From assembly GCA_041752595.1 (NCBI GenBank), contig JBGSWE010000004.1, forward strand, positions 87,057 through 151,056: a stretch of DNA of 64,000 bases, given 5' to 3'. The stretch is from Candidatus Saccharimonadales bacterium. Lineage in GTDB: Bacteria > Patescibacteriota > Saccharimonadia > Saccharimonadales > JACDBH01. Every line of letters starts with the position of its first letter. The stretch's first letter is position 1. Both the position numbers and the translations under genes were made by a program. The notes under the pieces are model-generated. The model worked only from the letters and a program-made list of their open reading frames with translations. It was not told the DNA's origin and ran no database searches. This document shows, piece after piece, positions 40,201-49,238 of the stretch.

Positions 40201-40616
40201 GGCAGGCTATTTATAATCTGTGAAATTATTTGTATTTGCCCAAGTTCATTAATTGGAGTCTCTAGACTAGTATCTTGGTTTGTTGTTACATTTATAGATT
40301 CGAAATATTCAGGATAGGTGCGAATTATCTCACTACTAAAGCTGTGGTAAGTGTCGATATTTACATCATAAGAAGCCTCCCCTATCATGTCACCTAGTCG
40401 TTCACGCATATTTATTGATGCTGAGTCAGTAAAAGTAAGGCATAAAATGTTTTGAGGTAAGGTGTCTGTTTTGTTTAGGATGTTTGCAACTCTGGCAGCT
40501 AAAATTTCTGTTTTACCTGTTCCTGGCCCGGCTAAAACTAGTAGTGGACCATCAATTGTATCGACAGCATTTTTTTGTTCTTGATTTAGCTTTGTGTAAT
40601 TACTTTTAAAACCCAT
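37278..40616 (-). CDS. UvrD/PcrA-type SF1 helicase fused to a C-terminal PD-(D/E)XK (RecB/AddB-like) nuclease domain
   Basis: 1112 aa with Walker A LAGPGTGKTE, motif II LLDEFQDT and later helicase motifs (VYKAKGLEYEYV, LLFVAITRAK). The C-terminal nuclease pattern is LTGKLDRLE...RIIDFKSG...YKQQLYFY. Confidence 0.85.
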   Translation of the reverse strand: MGFKSNYTKLNQEQKNAVDTIDGPLLVLAGPGTGKTEILAARVANILNKTDTLPQNILCLTFTDSASINMRERLGDMIGEASYDVNIDTYHSFSSEIIRTYPEYFESINVTTNQDTSLETPINELGQIQIISQIINSLPFTDPMRTAKHYLKSVLGTISDFKKAKLYPKDIENLSKQNIACSKNLSPKINDAMSSFTRMPRKPFDAQNIFGSLLEIISHDSSDIAKNASDMLAVALLDSETENSTKPITKWKNAWLQKNQEDNWIFGDPANYEKLLSVSRIYESYQSQLKNNNLYDFNDMILTTIEALKSKPKLRFNLQERYQYILLDEFQDTNASQFELMKLLSDHPVHEGKPNIMAVGDDDQGIYAFQGADIGNMVEFINSYKDVKIINLIKNYRSHHDILHTAHNIAKQIGSRLHNNLENVSKDIVAASDSLPKNAYIARHEFNNQAAEFGWIADNIAKQIKKGTNPSQIAVLAPKHSILEKLVPFLNSKGIPVSYERRENVFDTPIIQSYLLIIRFIIAAKDNNQPLMDELLPKVLSLEFWNIPVEIIWQINWERRTSNEEILKPWAKIALDNESTKDQVKFLLSIAAKAQTLGLEDLLDYITGSSTLELDNFSYTSPLKEYYFSESNADSSALKFYESVSHLSVIRSNLRDMQLKEDRQLIIEDFINLYVAYEEAEQPLINTHPISQAESAVQLQTVYKAKGLEYEYVYLPFMHDDVWGSSSRGSANKITLPYNLRHIRSDSSGDDNLRRLLFVAITRAKIGLVVTSHANKDTGKKTLPTKFLQEIKEGETRQSEIFPAQLNKVIQTERPKEQLNIDIEMYWHTRHQLLSPELGDLLRLRLNSYIMSPTHLNNFTNVEYGGPQDFLLNTLLRFPKAPTPDSSYGNALHKSLEKYQKDGQNNLNPKISDAVNSFNMHLSRANLGKNDVIIYKERGKIAIETYLRINGDRLKEPAEIEADFRKEGVTLNGARLTGKLDRLEINKNSKTVRIIDFKSGTPSTKWGTTSKYLNYKQQLYFYILLIKESSTYKNYSVESAALEFLEPLPNGFAAPPLELVFNENEYEEFKKLIEKVWDLIMKLELPDISSYAISAKGMKDFISDLINNRLGV

Positions 40617-40656
40617 TGTTACATCTATTGTACCCTTGGATACAGCTGTAAAACAA

Positions 40657-41988
40657 TTAATTATTTAGAGGTGCAAACTGAACTACTGTCATTTGTGATA
40701 AAGGTATAATAATCGATTTACCATTCGTAAATCTATTTGGTTTAGATACTAAAAATATGTCAAATATTGAACTTTCTCCTTCTATTTCGTACGTCATACG
40801 AAATTCTTCTAAATGACTGTATTCTACTGTAACCGATTTCGTATCGTCGACATCTATTTGACTATAGGTTCCAGACTCTTCGTTAATGAATAATACCGGT
40901 GTTTTTACAATTAGCATGTTTCTATTAGTAAAAATTTCACCAAGAATTAATCTTGGTAAGTTTGGTACGTTTACTTGAGAAGATGATGGTTCGTTTTCAC
41001 CCGGGCCTATCAAATGATATCGAGATTCAAAATCTCTTCGAAGTAACTCCATTGCTCTATCATATATATTCGCAAAATTTTGTTTTTCTTCATCTTGAGC
41101 TGTTTGGTGTTTTGTATAAGCTTTTATTGCTACTTGAACTAAATCTAAGTAAGGTATGTCTTCTACTTTTAGCGCAGGTGTATTACATGAAACACCTCTC
41201 TGGCTAAGCTCTTTAACGATTGCGGCTTTAAGCTTCTTTATATGATAAGTTTCAGGAACCAATTCTTCATCTATACCTAGCTCATATAAATCGTTTTCTA
41301 CTACAACGAAAGTACCGTCAGGTTTTTGAATTAAACTAATTTGATAATCTGTAGTTTGATCATCTAGTATAATTTGCATTTTGGGTTCTGTGCTATTGCG
41401 TCTAGGATTGCTCTGACTAATCGTAGCGATTGAAATTTCGTACTCATCTATATCATTTTCATTATTGTAGCTTCTGATTCCTACGAAATCTTTGTTTCTA
41501 ACATTTACCTGGTCGCTAATAAGGTCTAAATAATTAATTCTATCTTCTTCTTTATGCGCGTATCCTTCTATTTCTGCAGCAAAATGACGAATGCAGAATA
41601 ATGCTATCGCTGTTTCAGTTTTATCTAATTTTCCTTCCATTATTAACGATATCAGAACTTCCCTGGCGCGTTCTATTTTATCCATATAAATACTAATGAC
41701 CGGAAAATCCGTGCTCTCAATAAAATAAAACTCCGCTAGTTGATCATTTTCATCAGTGACAATAATAGTTGAGCTTTGATAGTTGTTATCTCCCGATTCG
41801 ACGACAGCAGTTTGAAGTATTAAGCTGCCATTTACATTTCTCCTAACAGATTCACTGGCATAATTAGTACTACCATGTTCAAGTAATAATTCTGCCAAAG
41901 AAGTTAATCGTTCCAAATCTTCTTGAGTGGCAATTTCGGTCGAATTACCACGCTCTGGCCCTGGCTCTTCGTTAGGGGTAAACTCCAT
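40657..41988 (-). CDS. hypothetical protein (443 aa), immediately upstream of and co-oriented with the helicase-nuclease
   Basis: Clean backbone-composition ORF with a 40-nt gap to the helicase start. No family recognised. Confidence 0.55.
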   Translation of the reverse strand: MEFTPNEEPGPERGNSTEIATQEDLERLTSLAELLLEHGSTNYASESVRRNVNGSLILQTAVVESGDNNYQSSTIIVTDENDQLAEFYFIESTDFPVISIYMDKIERAREVLISLIMEGKLDKTETAIALFCIRHFAAEIEGYAHKEEDRINYLDLISDQVNVRNKDFVGIRSYNNENDIDEYEISIATISQSNPRRNSTEPKMQIILDDQTTDYQISLIQKPDGTFVVVENDLYELGIDEELVPETYHIKKLKAAIVKELSQRGVSCNTPALKVEDIPYLDLVQVAIKAYTKHQTAQDEEKQNFANIYDRAMELLRRDFESRYHLIGPGENEPSSSQVNVPNLPRLILGEIFTNRNMLIVKTPVLFINEESGTYSQIDVDDTKSVTVEYSHLEEFRMTYEIEGESSIFDIFLVSKPNRFTNGKSIIIPLSQMTVVQFAPLNN

Positions 41989-42052
41989 AATTAAGCCAAT
42001 TTTAGCATTTTATGATGCTATTACACTAATTTAATCTGTTAATATTGTTAGG

Positions 42053-43060
42053 ATGTATAATTTTAAACTACCAGAAGAACTAATTGCTCAATCTCCCGCT
42101 AGTCCGCGTGACCATGCCCGTATGCTGGTATATTCATTAAAAGATAAGTCAATAACAGATAGCTATTTTTATAATATCGACAAAGTTTTGCCCCCTAATA
42201 GCACAATAGTTGTGAATAATAGTAAGGTAGAAAATTGCCGATGGTTGTTTGATAATAATATTGAAGTGTTTGTAATTGAAAAACTAGATTCCAATACTGT
42301 TCGTGCGATGGTGCGTCCAGGAAAAAGATTTAAAACTGGTAGCATCGTGCAGTTAACCGACTTTTTAGAGATAAAAGTAATGCAAATCGATAAAGAAGGT
42401 ATTCGTACGCTCAAGCTAAATGTTTCTCATGACGATGTAAGACTTAAACCATACGAACACATTCCACTGCCACCCTATATTGCTCAGAACGACAAACTTT
42501 CTAACGAGTATCAAACTGTTTATGCAAAACCACTCGGATCATTGGCTGCTCCTACTGCGGGTCTACATTTTACTCCGGAATTAATTACGAAACTAAAAAC
42601 AAAACATAGTTTTACAGAAATCACTCTACACGTTGGACTAGGAACATTTGCTAAATTAACAGACGAAAATCTATTAACTAATAAACTTCATTCTGAAAAA
42701 TACATAATAAACCAAGAGGCTGCTACTAGTTTGAATAAATCAAGTAATATAGTTTCGGTTGGCACTACTACGCTTAGAACCCTAGAATCAGTCAGGCGGA
42801 ATACCGAAATGTTCGAACAGGGATCTTACGAAACAGACATTTTTATAAGACCTGGTTTTAAGTTCAATGCCGTTGATTCACTCATTACAAATTTTCATCT
42901 TCCTAGTACAAGTTTACTAATGTTGGTGGCTGCACTTATAGCTGATAAACAGAATTTGACTGAGGCTGATGCTGCCAAAGAATTAATAAGAATATATAAA
43001 CACGCAATTAGTAATAAATACAGATTTTATAGTTTTGGTGATGTGATGATTTTAGTGTAA
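42053..43060 (+). CDS. queA: S-adenosylmethionine:tRNA ribosyltransferase-isomerase
   Basis: FKLPEELIAQSPASPRDHARMLVY...PLPPYI...YQTVYA...GSLAAPTAGLHFT...VGTTTLRTLES. Confidence 0.9.
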   Translation: MYNFKLPEELIAQSPASPRDHARMLVYSLKDKSITDSYFYNIDKVLPPNSTIVVNNSKVENCRWLFDNNIEVFVIEKLDSNTVRAMVRPGKRFKTGSIVQLTDFLEIKVMQIDKEGIRTLKLNVSHDDVRLKPYEHIPLPPYIAQNDKLSNEYQTVYAKPLGSLAAPTAGLHFTPELITKLKTKHSFTEITLHVGLGTFAKLTDENLLTNKLHSEKYIINQEAATSLNKSSNIVSVGTTTLRTLESVRRNTEMFEQGSYETDIFIRPGFKFNAVDSLITNFHLPSTSLLMLVAALIADKQNLTEADAAKELIRIYKHAISNKYRFYSFGDVMILV

Positions 43061-43067
43061 TAAAAAA

Positions 43068-43093
43068 GCCCTGGTTTAAGCCGGGGCTTTTTT
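43068..43093. terminator. rho-independent terminator between convergent queA and ndh
   Basis: gccctgg-tttaag-ccggggc followed by tttttt and preceded by aaaaaa (bidirectional). Confidence 0.6.
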
Positions 43094-43175
43094 ATAACTA
43101 GAGTAGCCATTCCTACCCTATGGTTTAATTATAGCAAAACCTTATAAAAAGTCAATGTAACATCCGTTAATAGAA

Positions 43176-44378
43176 CTATTCTGTCATATTTATCTTTGTT
43201 GCACAAACAAGACAATTATCTTCTCTGTCATCTTCCTTTAGGAAGCGATCGGTAGCCTTCCACCATGGTTCAACGTCTCTATAGCCAATCAGGTCAGCAA
43301 CCCTACGAATTATCCACCCCAGTCTTCCGTAGAGATGAATATTGCCCCATACAACCACAGCCCATTTTGGTCCAATGGGAGTTACGTAGACTGGTTTGCG
43401 TGGTTTGTAGGCATAGGGTGGTTTGCCTTCAGCATATCGTTTCAGATTTTCGGTTACGTAAACTGCATCAGTAAGTGCAGTTTGGGCCATCCCTGTATAC
43501 GGTGTGTCGGCATTATCTCCAATTACAAAAACTCCTGGCCATGCCTGCATAAGCTGATCTACTTGTACTCGGCCGTTATGGCTCATCTGAAAATTATTAG
43601 TCTTATAAAAAGGATTATTTGCAACCCCTGCCGTCCATATAACTGTATGGGATGTGATTGGTTTACCGTCAATCAGTAAACTATCTGCCGTTTCTCCTTG
43701 TACTGGTTTTTGGAAGTATATTTTTACACCTAGTTTTCTTAATCGCTTTGTAAGTGTTCGATTGACGCTTTTAGGCATGCGCGGCATTAGTCTTGGGGCA
43801 GCTTCTACTAAGTCAATATGCAGTTTTGGTTTTCCTTTGATTCCATGTAGTTTCATTAAATACCTTAGATAGCCTGGCATTGCGCCGGCCAACTCAACGC
43901 CAGTAGGTCCACCGCCAATAATTATGTAGTGCTGATCTGGTTTTTTAGCACTAGTTAACTGTTCGTGAAAATGAGCTTTTAATTTTTCCGCATCATGGAG
44001 TGATTTTATGCCAAAGGAAAATTCTTTGAGGCCTGGAATATTGAAATAATCAGTAACGTTACCTAGTGCTAGAATTATTATGTCGTAATCTAACTTTTCT
44101 CCACTTTTTAGTGTAAGTTGCTTTGCTTTCCTATTTAGCTTAGATGCACTATCGATAATAATTGATATTCTTTTGTCTTTAAAGATGTCGCCTAGTGGAA
44201 TCGATGACGTAAACTTGCTACCACCTGTAGCGGTTCGATACATCATAGGATAATATTCGAAAAAGGGTTTATTGGAAACTAGGGTTACGTTGAAATCAGG
44301 ATGTCCAGCAAGTTCTAATGCTGATTTTACTCCACCAAATCCACCACCCACGACTAGTACATTCTGTTTTTTCATCAA
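43176..44378 (-). CDS. ndh: type II NADH dehydrogenase (NDH-2)
   Basis: Two dinucleotide-binding motifs (VLVVGGGFGGV, IIIGGGPTGVELAG) and VFVIGDNA. Confidence 0.85.
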   Translation of the reverse strand: MMKKQNVLVVGGGFGGVKSALELAGHPDFNVTLVSNKPFFEYYPMMYRTATGGSKFTSSIPLGDIFKDKRISIIIDSASKLNRKAKQLTLKSGEKLDYDIIILALGNVTDYFNIPGLKEFSFGIKSLHDAEKLKAHFHEQLTSAKKPDQHYIIIGGGPTGVELAGAMPGYLRYLMKLHGIKGKPKLHIDLVEAAPRLMPRMPKSVNRTLTKRLRKLGVKIYFQKPVQGETADSLLIDGKPITSHTVIWTAGVANNPFYKTNNFQMSHNGRVQVDQLMQAWPGVFVIGDNADTPYTGMAQTALTDAVYVTENLKRYAEGKPPYAYKPRKPVYVTPIGPKWAVVVWGNIHLYGRLGWIIRRVADLIGYRDVEPWWKATDRFLKEDDREDNCLVCATKINMTE

Positions 44379-44477
44379 TTATTCTTGTTTAAATATGTAT
44401 TACTTATGAATAAATTATACATTAAACATAAGTATATTGCACAAGTAAGCGTAAACGGTTAAGATTATTGTAATAAT

Positions 44478-46133
44478 ATGCAAACATTCATAGACCAACT
44501 CAAGGCCGCTGGTTTTAAAGGTGAAGTCGACATGTCGGCAGAATCTAAAGAATTCTATAGCCACGACGCCTCATTATTTGAGGTTAAGCCGGAACTAGTG
44601 GTATTTCCTAAAGACAGTAATGATGTGCAAAAGCTAATTAAAGCAATCAATAAAGGTCGCGGTGAAAATCCTAAATTAAGTGTTACAGCTAGAAGTGCTG
44701 GAACGTGCATGTCTGGTGGCTCTATAAACGATTCTATAATTGCAGATTTTACAAAGTATTTTGACAAAGTCATCTCTATGACTAAAAACGCTGCCGTATC
44801 ACAACCTGGAGTTTATTACCGAGATTTTGAAAAAGAAAGCTTGAAATATGACGCCCTACTACCACCCTTTCCAGCTTCTCGAGATCTGTGCACAATAGGT
44901 GGGATGGTTAATAACAACTCTGGAGGTGAAAAATCCTTACAGTACGGTAAAGTAGATAATTTCGTCACAGAACTAAATGTAATTTTATCTGACGGCAATG
45001 AATATATTGTTAAGCCTCTTAACCGAAAAGAACTTGATGCAAAAATGAAACTGAAGACTTTTGAAGGTAAGCTATATAAAGATACATTTAAGCTATGTGA
45101 AGATAATTACGAAGTACTTCAAGGTGCACGCCCCAAAGTTTCTAAAGATTCAACTGGTTATCACTTGTGGAACATATGGAACCGGGAAACTGAAATTTTT
45201 GACCTAACTAAATTGTTTGTTGGCGGCCAAGGTACATTAGGCCTAACTACAGAAATGAAATTCCGTTTAGAGCCAGCACCGAAGTTTTCAGGTACGCTGG
45301 TAATTTTCTTGCGTGACCTTAATAAACTTGGTTCAATGATTAATAAGGTACTTACTCATAAACCCGCTACCTTTGAAAGTTTTGATAACTACACATTAAT
45401 GCTTAGCATTAAATTGTTCTTTTCTTTCCATAAGCTTATAAGCTGGCCCGAAACTATTAAACTTGCTATTAAACTTATACCAAATGCCTTAATGCTCATG
45501 CGCGGCGTTCCTAAAATGGTTTTATTGGTTGAATTTAACGGCGAAACCACGGAAGAAGTAGCCAAAAAAGTGCACGCAATGCGTGAAGATTTGAGTGAGT
45601 TTAATCAAAACTCTTTGTTCGAAGAGGATGAAAACGAAGCAAAAGCGCGGAAATTTTGGATTATGCGTAGAGCAAGTTTTAAATTACTAAGAGAAAAAGT
45701 TAAGGATAAACACACCGCGCCATTTATAGACGATTTAGTTGTAAACCCGGAGCATTTGCCGGAATTCTTGCCAAAACTTAGAAAAATACTAAAAAAATAC
45801 AAATTACTCGCTACCATTGCTGGCCATATGGGTGATGGGAATTTTCATATAATCCCACTCATGAAATTAGAAGATCAAACCGAACGAGCAAAGTTAGAGC
45901 CCTGTATGCGTGAAGTAAATGAACTAATACTAAAGTTCGGTGGTTCATTGAGTGGTGAACATAACGATGGCTTGGTTCGCGGTCCATGGCTCGAAGAGAT
46001 GTATGGCAAAAGAGTTCTTGGTTTATTTAAAAATGTTAAAAAACTATACGATCCTGATAATATATTTAATCCACATAAAAAGTCTGATGCTACCTGGGAG
46101 TATTCATTCTCCCATGTGCGCGATCATTTCTAA
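44478..46133 (+). CDS. FAD-linked oxidase (GlcD / D-lactate dehydrogenase-like)
   Basis: FAD_binding_4-type N-terminus (VVFPKDSNDVQKLI...RSAGTCMSGGS...IGGMVNNNSGG) and a C-terminal FAD-oxidase_C pattern (GSLSGEHNDGL..., LYDPDNIFNPHK). Confidence 0.8.
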   Translation: MQTFIDQLKAAGFKGEVDMSAESKEFYSHDASLFEVKPELVVFPKDSNDVQKLIKAINKGRGENPKLSVTARSAGTCMSGGSINDSIIADFTKYFDKVISMTKNAAVSQPGVYYRDFEKESLKYDALLPPFPASRDLCTIGGMVNNNSGGEKSLQYGKVDNFVTELNVILSDGNEYIVKPLNRKELDAKMKLKTFEGKLYKDTFKLCEDNYEVLQGARPKVSKDSTGYHLWNIWNRETEIFDLTKLFVGGQGTLGLTTEMKFRLEPAPKFSGTLVIFLRDLNKLGSMINKVLTHKPATFESFDNYTLMLSIKLFFSFHKLISWPETIKLAIKLIPNALMLMRGVPKMVLLVEFNGETTEEVAKKVHAMREDLSEFNQNSLFEEDENEAKARKFWIMRRASFKLLREKVKDKHTAPFIDDLVVNPEHLPEFLPKLRKILKKYKLLATIAGHMGDGNFHIIPLMKLEDQTERAKLEPCMREVNELILKFGGSLSGEHNDGLVRGPWLEEMYGKRVLGLFKNVKKLYDPDNIFNPHKKSDATWEYSFSHVRDHF

Positions 46134-46152
46134 GGTAGAATTGGTTTAAATT

Positions 46153-46551
46153 ATGGAACTCCCAATAACCACCCCAGCATTACTTTTCCCGGCAATAGCA
46201 ATTTTGATGCTTGGTTATATTAACAGATATGTAAGTACTGCAAGTGTAATCAGGAACTATAAAAGAGATCATGATTCAGGTTTGGTAAGAAAAGATATCC
46301 TAATGCAATTAAATGTTCTGAGGAAAAGAATTGAACTTTCGCGCTATATGATTATGACAGCTGCTGGTGCGCTTATATTCGCATGTTTATCAATGTTTTT
46401 GATTTTTATTGAGTACAAAGATGGGGGTAGTATTGCATTTGGTTTTGCCTTAGCAGGTATGATTATTAGTATAGGTATATCAATTTACGAAACTAGTCTA
46501 TCTAATAGGTCTCTACTTATGGAGATTGATAAGATGATAGAAAAGGAATAA
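46153..46551 (+). CDS. DUF2721-like membrane protein
   Basis: 132 aa with three TMs. The pattern ALLFPAIAILMLGYINRY...LRKRIELSRYMIM resembles DUF2721. Confidence 0.5.
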   Translation: MELPITTPALLFPAIAILMLGYINRYVSTASVIRNYKRDHDSGLVRKDILMQLNVLRKRIELSRYMIMTAAGALIFACLSMFLIFIEYKDGGSIAFGFALAGMIISIGISIYETSLSNRSLLMEIDKMIEKE

Positions 46552-46559
46552 AGATAAAT

Positions 46560-47027
46560 CTATTTTTTGCTTATGCGCAACAATTTTGAACTCAACAAGT
46601 CGTCAACGTTTTTTGTGATTTCGCAGTATACATCTTCTGCATAAGAATCAAGATCCGCTTCTGTATTAGCTATTCTCCCATTCTCGCCTATATCTGTAAC
46701 GTCCCAAGTAATAATCTCCTGTGGAAGACTAAAAGAACTAATTGCTTCATCGAAAACTATACGGTTAAGACATATGGCTAAATCGGTTTTATCTAAAGAG
46801 TCCTGACTTATATTGTCGGCATAATGGCTCTTAGCATATTGGCTTATGCCATGTTTTTTAAGTAGAGCCAGTGTTTTTTGAAAAACTAGACTATTCCTCT
46901 CTTTATAATTGCTTGCAACTGTTCCGCTAGAAAATACTATTAAACCCTCAATCTTAAGTGAGTTAGTATAGGCTTCTGCAATAATGCTTCTGAATGCATT
47001 TCCACGACATATGAATTGAATAGTCAT
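46560..47027 (-). CDS. low-molecular-weight phosphotyrosine phosphatase / ArsC-like protein
   Basis: N-terminal CX5R(S/T) P-loop: IQFICRGNAFRSIIAEA. Confidence 0.6.
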   Translation of the reverse strand: MTIQFICRGNAFRSIIAEAYTNSLKIEGLIVFSSGTVASNYKERNSLVFQKTLALLKKHGISQYAKSHYADNISQDSLDKTDLAICLNRIVFDEAISSFSLPQEIITWDVTDIGENGRIANTEADLDSYAEDVYCEITKNVDDLLSSKLLRISKK

Positions 47028-47087
47028 TTTGTTATATCAGCTAAACAGTTATATTATTACAAACTTTCTAGTCAAATAATTAAAAAA

Positions 47088-47342
47088 CTAAATTTCTACT
47101 TTGGCTAGTTTTTTGCGGGCTAGTTCGTTCATGACTGTGATGACTGCAAAAAACACTAGACCCGTGATACAGGTTCTTAGAACACTTGCGCTATTTACAA
47201 ATATGAGCGTAACGCCACTGGCTAGCGTGCCACCAGCTAAGCTGTAGCTTATAGTTTGTAATTTTCGAGAAGGACTAATTACATTAATAGTGCTAAGAAC
47301 TAAACTCGCTACTGCCAAAATTACGTGTAATAAAGTTATCAT
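47088..47342 (-). CDS. small membrane protein downstream of heme O synthase
   Basis: Track ORF is 47088..47378. The internal Met (MITLLHVILAV...) avoids overlap with cyoE. Hydrophobic. No family recognised. Confidence 0.4.
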   Translation of the reverse strand: MITLLHVILAVASLVLSTINVISPSRKLQTISYSLAGGTLASGVTLIFVNSASVLRTCITGLVFFAVITVMNELARKKLAKVEI

Positions 47343-47358
47343 AAAATAAGTATAGCGC

Positions 47359-48213
47359 TTATGATATCCAAGAGTCAATCGAAATGAGTACGCAAAATAA
47401 CAATAAAATAACCAGTGAAAAACTAAAGGCTTTACGTGCCCACTTGGTAGTTTCTATAACTTTATAGCCATTTAGCGAGCTATATAACCAATACATGCCG
47501 GCGCCAAACATTAACACGTAGTACCAGATACTTAATGACTCAAACAGAGCAAGCATCATTGTACTAATACTAAATGCAAGAATACCTAGCATTATTCGTC
47601 TTTGGGTAGCTTCTATTCCGATACGGTGCGGAAGTACAGAAACTTTTGCTGCCGCATACTCGTCTGCCCTAAAGATAGAAATTGCCAAAAAATGTGGTAA
47701 TTGCCAGCAAACTAGAACAAGAAATAATAGCCAGCCAGTAATTGTTAAACTACCAGTAACTGCTGTGTAGCCTGCAAGAATAGAAGCAGCACCAGGTAGT
47801 GTTCCAACTTCAGTGGCGTAGCGAGTATTTCGTTTGGCATAGCCGTATGCGTATACATATAAGAGCACCGCAGCGATACCTATTAGTGCTGTTAATAGAT
47901 TTGTAAAAATTGCCAATACTAAACTACCCGATACCAACAGTGCCCAGCCAAATTTTATTGCTTGTTCTGGCTTGATTACCCCTGTAACGAGCGCCCGGTT
48001 TTTGGTGCGTTTCATGTGTTTGTCTAGTTTTCTATCTAGAAAATTATTGAAAACACAGCCACTTGCAACAACCAATGTTGTACCAATTAGAGTAGCAATA
48101 AATTTTGCTATATCAATAGTACCTTGCGAAGCAAGTAAAAACCCTGCAGCCGCTGTAATAACATTGGCCCGGATAATACCTGGCTTGGTTAGCTGATAGT
48201 ACTTTTTTATCAT
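47359..48213 (-). CDS. cyoE: protoheme IX farnesyltransferase (heme O synthase)
   Basis: UbiA-family polytopic protein with NNFLDRKLDKHMKRTKNRALV. Confidence 0.85.
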   Translation of the reverse strand: MIKKYYQLTKPGIIRANVITAAAGFLLASQGTIDIAKFIATLIGTTLVVASGCVFNNFLDRKLDKHMKRTKNRALVTGVIKPEQAIKFGWALLVSGSLVLAIFTNLLTALIGIAAVLLYVYAYGYAKRNTRYATEVGTLPGAASILAGYTAVTGSLTITGWLLFLVLVCWQLPHFLAISIFRADEYAAAKVSVLPHRIGIEATQRRIMLGILAFSISTMMLALFESLSIWYYVLMFGAGMYWLYSSLNGYKVIETTKWARKAFSFSLVILLLFCVLISIDSWIS

Positions 48214-48293
48214 TACTTTAATCTTACATTAGGACTTCAAATGTCCAAAGTCTCCATGCTATACTGTTTATGATTACTAAATAATTAGGAATT

Positions 48294-49238
48294 ATGACAA
48301 AAAGCAAAAATAATCGAGGTAAGTTACTACCTTTAGCCTTTGTAGGTCTTATTCTTGTTGTTGGATTATTTGCGCTACTGTTACGGGGCAATAACGTTGT
48401 ACTGCTAAATCCACAAGGTTTTATAGCCGAAGAGCAATACAAGCTAATGCTTACGTCTACTGCCATAATGGTAGCTTTTGCTATTCCAATTTTGTTTTTC
48501 TTATACTACTTTGCCTGGAAATATCGAGAGTCTAATCAAAATGCCAAATATAGCTCCAACAATAAACATAGCAAGTTTTTTACCTTTGCAATATGGGGTG
48601 CTCCAACTTTAATTGCTATAATTTTATCCTCAATTATGATTCCAGCTACACACAAACTTGAGCCACGAAAACTTATTGAATCTGATAAGGAAACAATGAC
48701 TATTCAGGTAGTTGCATTACGTTGGAAATGGCTATTTATTTACCCCGAACATGATATTGCTACAGTTAATTTTGTTCAAATACCCAAAGACACTCCAGTT
48801 CAGTTTGAATTAACTGCAGATGAAACACCTATGAGCTCATTTTGGATACCATCACTCGGGGGTATGTTATATGCAATGACAGAACACGTTAATAGGTTGA
48901 ATTTGATGGGTGATACAGTTGGTGACTTTGAGGGTAGTGCAGCAGAAATTAATGGCTCTGGTTTTTCGGGTATGAGATTCACGACTAGAGTAAGCAGTGA
49001 GGCTGACTTTAACAAATGGGTAGAAATGACAAGACAAAATTCTGATGATCTAACACAATTCGCTTATGAAAGTCTCTTAAAGCCAAGCGAAGACCATCCT
49101 GCTTCATTTTATTCAAGGCCTGATCCAATGCTATTTTCTAATATTTTGAGTAAATATTCAGGTTCGCACAGTGGATCTCATGGGGAATCAAAAGACCACG
49201 GTTCTGATAATAAGCACATGGAGAAAATGGAACACTAA
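48294..49238 (+). CDS. cyoA: cytochrome o/aa3-type quinol oxidase subunit II
   Basis: Two N-terminal TMs. Cupredoxin domain has SFWIPSLGGMLYAMTEH...SAAEINGSGFSGMRF. No Cys in the CuA region, so quinol-oxidase type. C-terminal tail is GSHSGSHGESKDHGSDNKHMEKMEH. Confidence 0.85.
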   Translation: MTKSKNNRGKLLPLAFVGLILVVGLFALLLRGNNVVLLNPQGFIAEEQYKLMLTSTAIMVAFAIPILFFLYYFAWKYRESNQNAKYSSNNKHSKFFTFAIWGAPTLIAIILSSIMIPATHKLEPRKLIESDKETMTIQVVALRWKWLFIYPEHDIATVNFVQIPKDTPVQFELTADETPMSSFWIPSLGGMLYAMTEHVNRLNLMGDTVGDFEGSAAEINGSGFSGMRFTTRVSSEADFNKWVEMTRQNSDDLTQFAYESLLKPSEDHPASFYSRPDPMLFSNILSKYSGSHSGSHGESKDHGSDNKHMEKMEH

